This document shows, piece by piece, positions 13,535-26,959 of a stretch of DNA of 64,000 bases. The translations under genes and the position numbers were made by a program. Origin of the DNA: Octopus vulgaris. Taxonomy: Eukaryota. The notes under the pieces are model-generated. The model was not told where the DNA came from and ran no database searches. It worked only from the letters and a program-made list of their open reading frames with translations. The DNA is taken from the NCBI GenBank assembly GCA_951406725.2, contig OX597814.1, positions 36,146,001-36,210,000 of the forward strand, in the 5' to 3' direction. The first letter of the stretch is position 1. The number at the start of each line of letters is the position of its first letter.

Positions 13535-13760
13535 TTATGATAGTTGGAAAGGATGAGATCTGGGCTGTAGGCAGGGTGTTCCAGCACCTCAAAACTCAAT
13601 TGGTTAATGTTTTCAACTGTCTGAGTGACCATGTGTGAGCATGCATTGTCATGCAGCAACAAAACTTTCTTCAACAATAGGCTTCGTCGTTTGGTGAGAA
13701 TTGCTGGCTTCAGTTTGTTGGCCAGTAAAGCACTGCATCTCTTGTACTGATTTCACTGCT
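13535..13760 (-). pseudogene. Mariner (DD34D) transposase fragment
   Basis: LLLHDNACSH..HPAYSPDLILSNYH. There are 34 residues between the second D and the third catalytic position, here N. Confidence 0.8.
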
Positions 13761-13838
13761 CTTTTTTCTTCTTTAGTACACATTGCTAGTGGAGTGGCCA
13801 TGCAAAGCCAGAAAGAAAAATGGCCTAATTAGGCTCAA

Positions 13839-13889
<51 letters not shown>

Positions 13890-14098
13890 TCCTTTTCTAG
13901 TTTCAGCATGAGAGCTGCAGCCATGCTATGCTTTCATTAAACCACTTCTGTTGTGTAGCTTTTGGTGAATGAAGGAGTTTGATGTTGCTGCACCCATCTG
14001 TGTTTCTTGCTGCAAGGTAGGTTCATCCAGAACTGCTAACCGGAGGAGATCCAGCTTTGTTTATATACAACTTTCTGTTTCTACTGCCAGACCAGTGT

Positions 14099-14430
14099 GG
14101 AGGCGCAATGGCCCAGTGGTTAGGGCAGCGAACTCGTAGTCTGAGGATCACGATCTCAATTCCCAGACCAGGCGTTGTGTGTGTTTATTGAGTGAAAACA
14201 CGTAAAAAGCTCGATGAGGCTCTGGCAGGGGGTGGTGGTGACTCCTGTTGTACTCTTTCACCACAACTTTCTCTCACTCTTTCTTCCTGTTTCTTGAGTA
14301 ATGCTGTGATGGACTGGCGTCCTGTCCAGCTGGGGGGTGGGGTGGAACACATACACCACAGAAAACAGGAAACTGGGCTCATGAGCCTGGCTAGGCTAGA
14401 AAAGGGTACATAAATAAAAAAAAAAAAAAA
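14099..14430 (+). mobile_element. tRNA-derived SINE, family B with A-rich tail
   Basis: A box TGGCCCAGTGG and degenerate B box. Body shared with 46349, 47714 and 59420-59729. Confidence 0.85.
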
Positions 14431-14734
14431 CTGCTAGACCAGCATAAGAAAGCAGATGTAATAATGATGAGGATAATGGTGATGAAGGACACAGATGATG
14501 TTCATATATCTGTCTATTTCTAGGTGTTCTGATATCTAAAGTTAAGGTCTGATGAATAAACAGAAATACAATAGATACAATTAGTCAGTGACGTCATATA
14601 TAATGCAGTAAACATTAAAATGTTAATTAAAAATAATTATGCAGAAAGGAAAAGACTATATTTGTCAATGATGAATATTATTTTAGTTATTCTGGAAAAA
14701 ATGGGAGAAAATATCCACATATATTTTCATCTTT

Positions 14735-15025
14735 TAATGAACTCATCTGTGACAAATAACTATATATGTTGAAGTAGTGATGGGAAAATTTTTGAGGAAT
14801 GGTACGAAATTGAGAACTCATTTGTGTAGAAAATTAGAACTGTTCACAGAATAAATTATTTAGAGATTTCAACCAGACATATTTTGAGCTCATCTGCGAA
14901 ACATAAATTTCCCTATATTTGTTGAAGTATTGAAAGGAGAATTCCTCAGTGATTATACAAGATTGTACACTTGTTGGTAGAGAAAATTAGAATTGTCACA
15001 GAATAAATTTCTTAGAGACATAATC
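14735..15025. repeat. Diverged tandem repeat, two units of about 155 bp
   Basis: CTCATCTG..TGTTGAAGTA..AGAAAATTAGAA..CACAGAATAAATT..TTAGAGA occurs twice. Confidence 0.6.
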
Positions 15026-16171
15026 TGCAAGAAAAACAGCAAAAGTTATGTTGATACTAACATACTGAATGAAGACATCATTAAAAGCTTAACTAGAAAC
15101 AATTACTTGGTGACAAGGATAAAGCAATATTAATTATTGTTTGGATATTGGTTTAATTATTTTAGAAAGTGTGTGAAATTAGTGTTGACATATTTCAGTA
15201 TTATTATGATTTCACCTGCAAGACACAGACTTCACCGTAGTTGCTGTAGTGGTGGTGGAAAAAAAATCATGAAGTGAATGTATAAATTTTTAACTGTCTT
15301 AAGAGGTGTGACATTATTGTGGTAAAGGAACTTACATTCATGGCTGAAGCTAATTTGTGTAAATGCAACCATGCCACATTGGCCATTTTACACATGGGTG
15401 TTGTCGGCGTCAGTATCTGTCTGTCTTGAGAGACGATGGTGTAGCTTGGAAAAGGTGGTGGGTCTATCTGCACTTCCTGGTGTGGTTGTGCAGACCAATC
15501 CTGTTGAGCTACAAGGCCTGGACAGGTTTGTAAGAGGGATCAGCTGTTGCTCATGCAGTTTGATCCCCCCCCTCTCCATGCAGCTGTTAGCTCCAAGGGA
15601 ATAACGGGTTGATACAGCTTGGTACCAGATGCGTTGCAGGAGTAAATCCTGACATAAAATCTGGAGCTAGAGTCCCTAAGGCGGCCTGACACAACATGGG
15701 TAAAGTTACAATGTTGAAAGTCCTGGGTTCAACCAAGGTACAAACCTTTTTGTCTCATCCCATTTTTGGGGTGATTTAGACAATGAATGACATCTCTGAG
15801 GTTTGTTAAATATAGGCTCGTCATGGAATTTTCAAAACCCCAATCTGGGTTTTATCCATGGTTGGAGCAAGCCTTGAATACTAAACCAAACACTTTTCCT
15901 GCAACACTCAGTGTTTTGAGCCACCTTGGATTACTGACTGACAAGTGTAATGCTCAACTTGTCCAGCTGGTTGCTATTTCTAGCAGATTGAGTAATTGCT
16001 TAGAGTTTCAGTCAATTGTTTTTATCTTCTAGTGTTCATAATCACCTCCAGGTCTATGACAATGTCTTTTTACTCCCTAGATAGAGCAACTATGAGATAT
16101 TCAAAAAATGATGACCAAAGTTAAATTATTTTAGGTTCTTCAAATACACAACCTCTTCACTTTATTGTTAA

Positions 16172-16412
16172 ATAATAATAATAATGAAATTATTGTATAC
16201 AGTGCTCGGGTGCACCACAACTTGTCAAAAGTACATATAAAACATATGCAGTAATGTACAAATGTCTGGAAAGGGAACAGTGTATGAGTCAGATACATGC
16301 TTGCATGTGTATGGAGGGGAAAAAAAATCAGGTGTAGTGTTGATGAATCTCAGGAAACATGGAAGTTTTGAAGGATGCAGTGCTCTGACAACTAACAACT
16401 GGTGCCGGCAGT
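16172..16412 (-). mobile_element. CR1/L2-type LINE 3' end
   Basis: Minus strand LPAPVVSCQSTASFKTSMFPEIHQHYT*, then a short UTR and a (TTA)n tail. Confidence 0.6.
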
Positions 16413-17561
16413 TGTTACTTATGAAAGAATTACATTAACACAGTGATCCCACTATTTAAACTGTATGAATCCTATTGAATCATTTTATGGCAAACAAGAT
16501 ACTAGTATGTGATTTTTATATTCATCACTACACCATGTCCTTTTCTTAGCTTTTCAGATTTTGCATATCTAATCTACCACACACAGAAGTATGGATGATA
16601 CTAGAAAGGCAAGGCTAATGATGGGAAATTTCTTTAACTATTTTGATACCTGCCTGTAATCATTCTTCATTCTGTGATACAAGCTTCTTGTTTTAGAGTG
16701 ATCTAAATTAAAATGTTCCATCAAAATTCCATATCAATTTGTGTTTTAAACAACATCTTAGTAATGACTAAATTATTTTACTAAATTTCCATTATTCTAA
16801 AAATCAATCAAAACTAAAAGCAGTGTTTTTTTTAACATAAATATGATGAAGAAAAAAGGCTGGCACTTGAATTCTCATTATAGTTTATTAAAAATATAGT
16901 GTAATGTGAATGGGAATGTCTCTTTCATTCTCTGGGCTACATACACACTTTTTCTCTCTCTCTCTTCACCTCTCTCTCCTCGTCTCTCATTCTTACTATT
17001 TCCTCTCCTCTCTCTCCCCCTCCTCTCTCCCCTCCCTTCTCCCCGCCCCCTCTTTCTCTCTATTTCTCCTCTCTCTCACTTTCTCTCCCCTCTCTCCCAC
17101 TCTCTCTCTCTGCACTTATGCTATCGTTGCTATAAAAGCCTCTGAACTAGCTAGTCACATATTCCTTATTCACTTCCAGCCAAGCTCACTCAACACACCT
17201 GTCTCTCTCTCATCTGCTTATTCACAGTATGTCTCCTCCCTGTGACTTGCCAACCCACTTGCTATTCTGTTCAGTTCTTCATTCCCAAAACTTCAGATTT
17301 CTGAAATTCTCTTCAGTTCATATTTTCTCCAGCAGACGTTGATTTACAAAAGTTCAAAATACAACATCAATCAAATGAATATTACCAGTGCACACAGTGC
17401 ATGCATATCTTGCTACTCATTAAGTAATGTAAAAAGTAAAAAAGTCTTAATGTAATTTTTAACACCAGTTTCATAGTGAGAAATAGATGAGAGGCCAATC
17501 TAAAGTTCAATAGGAAACTAAACAGCAAGGTACACTGGAACAATGTTGATTAAAGATTTCT

Positions 17562-17978
17562 TATTTCTTTATTGCCCACAAGGGGCTAAACATAGAGGGG
17601 ACAAACAAGGACAGACAAAGAGATTAAGTCAATTACGTCGATCCCCAGTGCATAACTGGTTCTTAATTTATCGACCCCGAAAGGATGAATGGCAAAGTCG
17701 ACCTTGGCAGAACTTGAACTCAGAATGTAAAGAGAGACGAAATACCTATTTCTTTACTACCCACAAGGGGCTAAACATAGAGGAGACAAACAAGGACAGA
17801 CAAAGGGATTAAGTCGATTACATCGACCCCAGTGCGTAACAGGTACTTAATTTATTGACCCCAAAAAAATGAAAGGCAAAGTCGACCCTGGCAGAATTTG
17901 AACTCAGAACGTAGCGGCAGACGAAATACCATTAAGCATTTCGCCCAGTGTGCTAACGTTTCTGCCAGTTCACCACCT
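17562..17978 (-). mobile_element. tRNA-derived SINE, family D, with internal 185-bp tandem duplication
   Basis: Head GGTGGTGAACTGGCAGAAAC on the minus strand. Units at 17562-17746 and 17747-17930. Confidence 0.8.
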
Positions 17979-19146
17979 TTTTTTTATTAAGGATTTCTGT
18001 CTAGAAACAGCATTAAATGCCTGTGAGTACTTTGAACTTATAATCCAAAATAAATGGTTCTATATCTTTTTCATTTAGTCATATTATCCCTGCATTACGT
18101 TAAAAAGACACTGAGTGTGTAATATTGGCTCAGATGTTATTGTCACTGTTGATTAGCATCAGAATAGTACTAATCTAAAGCATACCAGGTGAGTTTGTTT
18201 TGCAGACTTAGTATATTCAACACTACATTATGCAGTGTTTCTATCTTTTTTTTTTAAGAATAGCTTGCTTTTAAGAGGATTTAGCTAAAATTTTAGCAGA
18301 TCAAAAGACTACAAAGAGGTTCCTTTGCTAATGCTAAATTCTAGTGATATCTATAAAGAGCATAACACATTTTTGAGTAGATTCTAAATCCTATTTCAAC
18401 AAAATGAATTTTGCTCATAGTAGGAATTAAACTTTGTAAACTCTCAAAGGGTTGAGACAACATTCTTGTTCATTATAAATTCACAATATATTAAGAGAAT
18501 GTGGAAAGTTTTTAGCAAAGAAAATTTGACATTATATTAAATTACTACTACCAAATTCATTCAAATTTAGTTTCTAGGAGAGATAAAGGATGAGGACCAT
18601 TCTTATTCCTCATAAATTCAAAATAAACCATGAAGATAAGATGTCAGTTGTAAAGCAAAGGAACATTGAGATATCATATTCAATTACTGGCACTGAATGC
18701 TTTCAAACACAAAGGATGGTATAAAACGCTCAAGTAATAAACTTGCTGACAATTTGTGCATAATAAAGCTGTTGATATAATCTAATAATATAAATACTCA
18801 AAACAAAATATTCTCAGATGAGAAGTAAAGGATAAAGAAGTATTTCATTTACTGAGCTAGTGATGATGTATTGCAGCTAAGAAAGTTGATAGTGTGTCAG
18901 GTTGTCAGTCCAAGGGTTGAGGGTTCATATGTTTCTATTCAATCAGTGTTTTGACTGTTTCACTAGTCAAATCATTATGGATGTTTATTAACTCTGTAAC
19001 AGAAATCTGCTCAGATTCGAAAAACAAAACAAGATAGGGTTTAACCCTTAGTAAGAAGATGTGGTTGTAACAGTCAAAATATTCTTAGTGATTATCATAC
19101 TGTGTTACAAATGAGTGCATTTTATTTTCCTGTGGTGAATAAGAAA

Positions 19147-19167
19147 ATAATAATAACAATAATGAAG

Positions 19168-19243
<76 letters not shown>

Positions 19244-19500
19244 TAATAATAATTAAACATGAAAAAAAATATTCTGACAAATACATAACAAAAACACCAG
19301 GACTTACAAACACATATAACATACAGAAAATTGCACTACTAGGCACTGCACACATCCTACGCAGAATACTTTCCATACAATAACCATCAGAGCATCATAA
19401 CAAATCACAGCACATACCCAAGGTACACAGAGCTGTGCTCGGTAGTGAAGTGAAAACACGCTATAAAAATAAAACTACTTAATAATAATAATAATAATTA
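19147..19500 (+). mobile_element. R4/Dong-like non-LTR retrotransposon 3' end inside (TAA)n
   Basis: IQKIALLGTAHILRRILSIQ* is the typical C-terminus of RLE-class R4/Dong proteins. (TAA)n lies on both sides, and Dong elements are known to target TAA repeats. Confidence 0.75.
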
Positions 19501-19798
19501 AAAAAAGCTAAAGTAAATTTCCTGAATTCTCTTTACCTATAATTTCTCAATTCAGATAGTTTTGCAAAAAATGTTGCTGGATTCACAGTCTGCTTTGCAT
19601 CCAACTATGCATGTATGAATGTGTAACTGTGTGTGCACATGCATGCACAAAAACACAAGCATATTGACACACATGATGAGCCATCTCCTGGTTTCTCTTA
19701 GTTTTTTTCTTCCTTGAATTGTGGTGGAGGAAATGTAGGCTGTGAATATTGTAACTTTATGACTGAAGCTATTATGATTGAGGATTATTGAATAGATG

Positions 19799-20130
19799 CA
19801 AGAGTGGCTGCATGGTAAGTAGTTTACTTACCAACCACATGGTTCTGGGTTCAGTCCCACTGTGTGGCACCTTGGGCAAATGTCTTCTACTATACCTTTG
19901 GGCTGACCAAAGCCTTGTGAGTGGATTTGGTAGACAGAAACTGAAAGAATCCAGTCGTATATATATTTATTTTCTCTCTTTATTTTCTCTCCTTGTTTCT
20001 TTCTGTGGCAGAGCATAGGCTCGAAATGTTAAAGACTTTTTCACTTCCTGAGCGTTAAACTAATACATCTGTTTGTTGTCTACACTATCTGTTTTCGTCT
20101 TTTGTTTTTTTTTTTGTGAATTCTACCCCC
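19799..20130 (+). mobile_element. Family A SINE 5' half joined to a PLE-type tail with a degenerate HHR-like motif
   Basis: SINE head to about 19960, then CTGTGGCA-GAGC-ATAG-GCTC-GAAATGTTA (20003-20031), ending at (TA)n. Confidence 0.6.
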
Positions 20131-20149
20131 TATATATATATATATATAA

Positions 20150-20700
20150 AATCAAATGCAAAATAGGACAAGAACGCAAAACATCCGGACAACTAGGTGA
20201 TACAAAACGGGACAACAAAACATCCAGATAGACGATACAAAAAGACAAGGACGGGTCATTCAAAGCCTTTTATCTTCAGTCAAGAACGGATCACCCTTGC
20301 AATTTCGGCTGATCAATCTTGAAATTGCTCCAATCTGGCCAGCCAGGAAAAACTAAGCTAAGAGCATTAGATTCCTTGGAAAAAAGCATCGAATTTATAC
20401 GAAAACAAGGACGGAAAAACAGATGATGTTACATGAATATAAATACAAAAATACAATAAAAATAATAACAATAATAATAATAGTAACAGGACATAACAAC
20501 AGGCGTCTTTCAACTGGGGACGAATTGACTTCAGCTGGTGTGTGTGGAAATGAAGCCTTGCAGCAGAGGGAAGAATATCAATGTGGCAGTGACCATGGTC
20601 AGAAGCAAAAGGGCTAGCAGTCGGCCAATCGGTCATGTGAGAAGAGAAGAGAGAGAAAAAGAGGAACAAAGGAATTAAGGAAGAGGAGAAGAGAGAAAGA
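20150..20700 (-). repeat. Unclassified interspersed repeat abutting (TA)n, possibly PLE-derived
   Basis: Sits between (TA)n and the resumed SINE body. The minus strand has two weak CTGAAG..GAA motifs (about 20255-20282 and 20505-20536). Confidence 0.35.
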
Positions 20701-20704
20701 GGTC

Positions 20705-20885
20705 TCCCCACCATAACTTGACAACTTATGTTGGTGTGTTTATGTCCCCTGTAACATAGCAGTCCGGCAAAAGAGACTGATAGAATAAGTACTAGGCTTA
20801 CAACGAATAAGTCCTGGGGTCAATTTGTTCAACTAAAGACGGTGCTCCAGCATGGCTACTGTCAAATGACTGAAACAAATAAAAT
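20705..20885 (+). mobile_element. Family A SINE 3' half
   Basis: CTTGACAAC..GGTGCTCCAGCATGG..CAAATGACTGAAACA. Probably the remainder of the SINE that starts at 19799. Confidence 0.8.
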
Positions 20886-21344
20886 AATAGGAATTAATAG
20901 GTTTAGATTAAATCTGTTTTGCAAGGAAAAACAGTAGAGTCAAACAAAAGTATTGAATTAGACAATAAAATGTTATAAACAATCATTATTAACAAAACAA
21001 TATATCACAACGTAGTTCACTGTTAAATACAGATCAGTAATTGAAGCAATGAAAGGAAAGCAATAAACTACTATGCCAAAATAGGATATGATTTAGCAAA
21101 ACAAGATATGACATTACTCAATGGAAAGTGATATAAAACCAACATCAGTATTAGAAGAACAGGATATGATCAACAAGCAGCACCCAAGCAACCACTGTAC
21201 TGGCTAATGAACAGAGATATCACAATAATAATAAAAAGATATGAATTTTTAAAATATTGTTATACTTGAGGATGGTCATATTTTGCCAATCAAACATATG
21301 AACTTTATATCTGGTCTTCACTTCAGTTTTGTAATAACCATAAC

Positions 21345-22005
21345 CTGTGGCCCATGCCAGGAGTGTAACCAGCCTGCTTATGCATACCTTTTCCTTCCTT
21401 GGACACTAAACTCTGCTTGCGAAGACCTGTTGAGGCAAGTGGAATCAAAATTGAAATCACATTCGATGACTGGCATCTGCACTAGCGGGGTGCAAAGAGT
21501 ACAATACAAGTGTGATCATTGACAGAGCAGCTAACTGGCTTCCGTGCCAGTGGCACATAAAAAGCACCATTTGAGTGTGATCGTTACCAGCGTTGCCTTA
21601 CTGGCACTTGTGCTTGTGCTAGTAGGGTGCCAAGAGCACCATCCAAGCCTAATCGTTGCCAGAGCAGCCAACTGACTTCCGTGCTAGTGGCATGTAAAAG
21701 GGCACCATTCGAACATGATCATTACCAACGTCGCCTTACTGGCACCTGTGCTGGTGGCATGTGTAAAAAGATTTGAGTGAGGTTCTTGCCAGAACCGCCT
21801 AACTGGCCCCCATACTGGTGGCACATAAAAAGCACCCACTACACTCTCAGAGTGGTTGGCGTTAGGAAGGACATCCAGCTGTAGAAACTCTGCCAAATCA
21901 AGATTGGAGCCTGGTGCAGCCATCTGGTTCGCCATCCCTCAGTCAAAATCGTTCAACCCATGCTAGCATGGAAAGCGGACGTTAAACGATGCTGATTATG
22001 ATGAT
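21345..22005 (+). mobile_element. Family E RTE-tail element with internal repeats of about 140 bp
   Basis: Repeated AGAGCAGC..AACTG..TTCCGTGC..AGTGGCA..GCACCATT..TTACCA..GCCTTACTGGCAC units and a (GAT)n tail. Confidence 0.75.
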
Positions 22006-22658
22006 TTCAGTCTATTTTTTTTTGTCAAAATTCTTTCATCACATATTCTGTGACCTCTTCAGCAGTTCTTTATTCCACATGTCACCTCTTGTTCAGCTTA
22101 TTCCACTTTGTTTTTCTGTGGTGTGTAAAACATTGTAACTCAGATATAAAATTGAAGTAAACAAATGAAAGTAAAGCAAGCAAAAACTTGGCAAATGATA
22201 CAATGGTATCCATACCCAACAGCTAAAAACAATATTCATGCACAAGAGACTGAATCAGTTCCATTATGACTTTAATCTGCCTGAAATACCATAAATACAA
22301 CCAATCATTGTGGCCTGAAACCCAAGTCATGAGAAAATTTAATATGAAGAAAGAGGATGGTAACATACAGGCCAACTGTAAGTTTTCCTGAAACAGCCTG
22401 GCAAGGACTGAGGACCATATATATGGTTGGTGTAAAGTTCTAGTCACATGGCATGTAACATGGTAGTGGAATAGAATGCTAGATAGCGCCAGAAGAGAAA
22501 TAAACCTGCCTGGAGTGATTAGAAGAAAAGTGGGAACAATATCAAGTGTGTAAAAGAAAAGTGAGACATTATGATGTACTTGGCAAAGAACCAAGCCAAA
22601 CCTAATGAAAACAAAAGTATGAGATGTTTTGAATGTATTAAACAGAGTTAAAACATCA

Positions 22659-22885
22659 TTAACCCTTTTGTTACTGTATTTATTTTGAGATGCTCTGTGT
22701 TTCTTTCAATTACTTTAAGTATAACAAAGGATTTAGTAAAATAACTTAGTTATCATTAAGCTAGTGTTAAGAACATAAATAGTGATTAAGGTTTGGTGGA
22801 AGATTTTAATTCAAAACTTATGAAAACAAGACATTTGTACTCAGAACCAGGGCCAGTTTCAGCCGGGTTAGTAATGAAAGGATGA
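22659..22885 (+). mobile_element. piggyBac-like MITE
   Basis: TTAA-CCCTTT left end. Colinear with 39249-39469; right end decayed. Confidence 0.75.
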
Positions 22886-23193
22886 AATGATAATGTCACA
22901 CTTGCAGTCATTAACACCAAAAACACAAGCGATAGAGATATACGATTACAAGAGATTGTTGAATGAAGAGCATGTAAAGTAGAAAGAGGGCCCAATTCAA
23001 GAAAACTTTAGATATAAAATTGCCATCAACTGAAATTGGCAACTGAACGGTTGAAAAAGTGGTTAAGGATATGAAAATAGGATAGTAGTAGAATACCACG
23101 GATAGTCCTTCAATTGGTCAAAATCTTTCTCATGTTACTTTTGCCTTTACCACATTATGTTGACATATGTCACTCTCCCTTAATCTTCTCCTA

Positions 23194-23405
23194 TGCCACA
23201 GAAAGAAACAAGAAGAGAAAATAAAGAGAGAAAATAAATATATATACGACAGGATTCTTTCAGTTTCTGTCTATCAAATCCACTCACAAGGCTTTGGTCA
23301 GCCCAAAGGTATAGTAGAAGACATTTGCCCAAGGTGCCACACAGTGGGACTGAACCCAGAACCATGTGGTTGGTAAGCAAACTACTTACCATGCAGCCAC
23401 TCTTG
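23194..23405 (-). repeat. Inverted duplicate of 19799-20010 (SINE A head plus junction)
   Basis: 212 bp, near-identical, including the non-SINE junction sequence. Confidence 0.85.
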
Positions 23406-24909
23406 ACCCCTCATGCTGCTCTTGTTTTTCTTGTCAATCTCCATGTCTTCAACCAGCATGTAGTTTCACAGTCATATCCCAATTTCTTCTCTCCTATTTT
23501 CCTTATACCCTCTTGCTCCCACCACTCTGTTTCCTCATCATTCAGCATTTGTTGCACTCTGTTTGTCATTACCCTAGGCTTGGAAACAGGGGTGCAATGG
23601 CTGTAAGCACATGCCCTAAGATTTTTGGTGCAGCAATGAAAATACTTTGAACATCTCCCTGAAAAACTTCACTGGACCTGGGTTTGTGTCCCCTAAGCAA
23701 ATTTCTTTACCCCAGTCATAGACATTACTCTCCTCACTCTTCACCCACTCTGTTGCGTTTACTTTGAAGAAACAGAGACAACATAGAATAGAAAGATCTC
23801 TTTAGTCTTCAAGAGGATGAGGCACGTGATCTAGTGGTGGTGCTGCCGTTCAAGAATTTGGACCTGGAGATCTCCATTTCCAGTGACTTCAAGGGCCACC
23901 TCCCAGTGGTGTCAGGCGTCATCGAAGAGCCCTCGACTACTACAAGATGACCAAAGTTTTTTTTTCCAAGGTCTGGGGTCTCCCGCCCCTAAGCCCTAGA
24001 CCATCACCTAATCACCCTTACCCGTCTTGTTGCTTAACAACAACAACAACAAGTGGTGGTGCCATAATAAAATGCATCCAAGACATTCTGAGAAGTGGAT
24101 GGTGAAAGAACAGATACAATGTGGAGATAACTTTTTATTCTTACCAAAAGTATTACAACTTCTTAAATACCAGTACCATGATAAAAAACGAAATCCAGCC
24201 TTTCCAACTACACCAAAGGAGAACAAGCGAGTGAGATGCAGTCCTCTGATTTGTCAAAGAAAGCAGTAACTCCATGTAACTGAGTCTGGCTATGATGGCT
24301 TGTGCAAGCCATGCCACCATGGAAAGAAATTATCAAAATGATGGTGATGATAATGATGATGATGATGAAATGGAGAGAACGCTATATGAATCCTGTTCCA
24401 CTGTGAGCATGTGCTTTATAATATATTCTGGCATTAATATCTATCAGAATTGTATCATTTTGCAGACTAAAATATATATATATAACCAGAAAGATAAAAA
24501 GAATTTTCCTTTCTGTGTGATTGTATATGTATGTGTGTGTGTTTGGTGGGACTCTGGGGTTCAATAGCAGGTTTGATCCTTGTCATAAAACTTTTGCTCT
24601 GTCTCTGTTTCTTTCATCCTCTGGTTATCATATTTCCATAAGAAGCAATGCTAGTCTTATATCAGTTTAGACTTTTGTTGTATAATCTTTTTCTCTTTAG
24701 TTTTAAGAGAACTTGTTTTTATTTTTTATATTTGTCTTTACTTCTTCTGTTGTGGTATATTGGCTTTATTTTATAGCTTATATCGATAAATTTTTCATTT
24801 ATTATTTCATCATATGACATTTACATCCTTTTTTATTGTGTATGTGTGTGTGTGAAGTATTCATATATATGTGTATATATGTATATATATTTATATATGG
24901 CCTATGTTC

Positions 24910-25570
24910 AGCATTGTGAGGACCAGCGAATTGAAGTATTTCAGATTGCAAGACAGTGTGTGAGAGAAAATTATCATAGGAGAGAAATGTGTCTGCATGG
25001 ATGATGGTGCTCTTGCTTTTAATGAGTCTGCAAAGAAAGAGGCTTGGAGATTCCATTATGAAAGACTGATGAATGTGGAGAATGAATGGGTGGAGGAGAA
25101 TCTGCCAAATGTTGACCCAGGTGAGGGACCAGCTACCTGAATCAACAGTATCCAGGTAGATAAAGACATTAAGAATAGGAATCACCACTGAGATGCTGAA
25201 AATATCTGATGGTGTGGATTATGGTCTAGTCACCCATATTGTAAATCAGGTGGTTCATGAAGGAATCATACCCAATGACTGGTCTAGCAGCATCATAGTC
25301 AACTGCTACAAAGGTAAAGGTGATACCATTGATAGAAATAATTATTGAGGTATCAAATTGTTCGATCAGGTGATGTAAGTTATGGAGAGTGTAATAGCCC
25401 AACTAATTAGGGAGAGAGTTAATCCAGATGAGATGCAGACTGGTTTTGTGCCTGGTAGAAGCACCACTGATGCTATATTTCTGGTAAGGCAACTGCAGGA
25501 GAAATACCTAGCCAAAGATAAACCTCTGTATTTGGCATGTATTGACTTGGAGAAAGCTTGTGGAAACTAG
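24910..25570 (+). pseudogene. RTE-clade LINE ORF fragment (RT N-terminal region)
   Basis: IPNDWSSSIIVNCYKGKGD and EMQTGFVPGRSTTDAIFLVRQLQEKYLAKDKPLYLACIDLEKA, with in-frame stops. Confidence 0.9.
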
Positions 25571-25589
25571 GGATAGACACTCGCGCACG

Positions 25590-25642
<53 letters not shown>

Positions 25643-26824
25643 TACTTTGCAGGCACTTCAACATCTGATGTATGGCCCTCTGTGCACCATTATAGGCAAT
25701 GTTGATTTAATGGAAAGAGTGAAGTCATGTGCAGTACTAATATTTTATTACTATAAACAAATCATCTGTGCAAATTGTTTAGTAAGAAATTGTGGAATCA
25801 TCTTTCTTGTACTTGAGAGATTATCAAAATGAAGAACATTATCTTATATGAGTGGTTGCTTTCATCTAATCATAAGATTGTCTAACAGGCTTATGACTTC
25901 AACCATCAAATATTTTGCAACTTTAGAACAACTATATTTGTTGTTGATTTTACGGCTGTAGATGTGTTGTACTCTGCCACCACTCACTTAATGACAGCAG
26001 GACAGTTTGAAGAGTATATGACACATGCTGATGATCTGTAGTGTATACAACATTCGAATTTATGAGTAAACAGTGTTCGTGAATGATGACACATGACTGA
26101 AAGCTACAATGATGAGATGATTCTTAGAAGAGATCAACTGAACATTTTGGTGGTTGTATGCAATTATGGAATCATAGAAATTGGCAGTTGTCAAAAATTG
26201 TAGACAATCAAAGATCACAGAATTTATCAACTGGGTAACAGTGCAATTCAAAATGTCATTATTATGCAAACTACAAGTTTATCACTTGTTAAGGCTTGTA
26301 CAGGAAATGGGTACTTGAACTATCGAAAGCCACATCCTATTTTCAGAAACAGTAAGAAATGATTTAATGGTTTCTTGTTAAGAGAAATGCTTGGAGATCA
26401 TTTAACTATATCAGAAGATGGTGAACCAGTTGATTTGCAATAACTTTTTCAATATAAAAAATACAAAAAATAAATTCGTTTTTTGTCGATTAAAACTTTT
26501 TCCATATTAAAATAAAAATGAAAAGATACAAACACACAGTACCCACACGTGTGCACACACATAAACACACACACTTTTATTTCTTTATTTGTTAATTTCT
26601 TTCTCTTCTCTTCTTTATTCAGTTGTCAGACATTTTTACTCCTGTAAGTTACTAGATAAACCCATTAGTGCTTTGTAAAGTAAATAGCATTAGGAAGAGC
26701 ATTCAGATGTAGATAACATGCCAAATCAGAAACAATGGGACACGACATAGTCCTATTAATTCACAAATACTCTCAAACAATTCATCACATGCCACCATGG
26801 AAAGAGAATATAAAATGAATGTAA

Positions 26825-26874
<50 letters not shown>

Positions 26875-26959
26875 GCGTGTGAGTGTTGTGAGTCTGTATG
26901 TATTTATATGTGTGTATGTTGGTGTGTGTATATATATATAATCAGTAAAGCATAAATCC

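Noticed and set aside
14099-14172. tRNA-like sequences with A and B boxes (also at 28334, 46349, 53295 and 59655-59729)
   Set aside because: Each continues into a SINE body, so they are SINE heads and not tRNA genes.
25680-26450. Coding-like composition suggesting an exon or decayed transposase
   Set aside because: All frames are interrupted and no motif was recognised.
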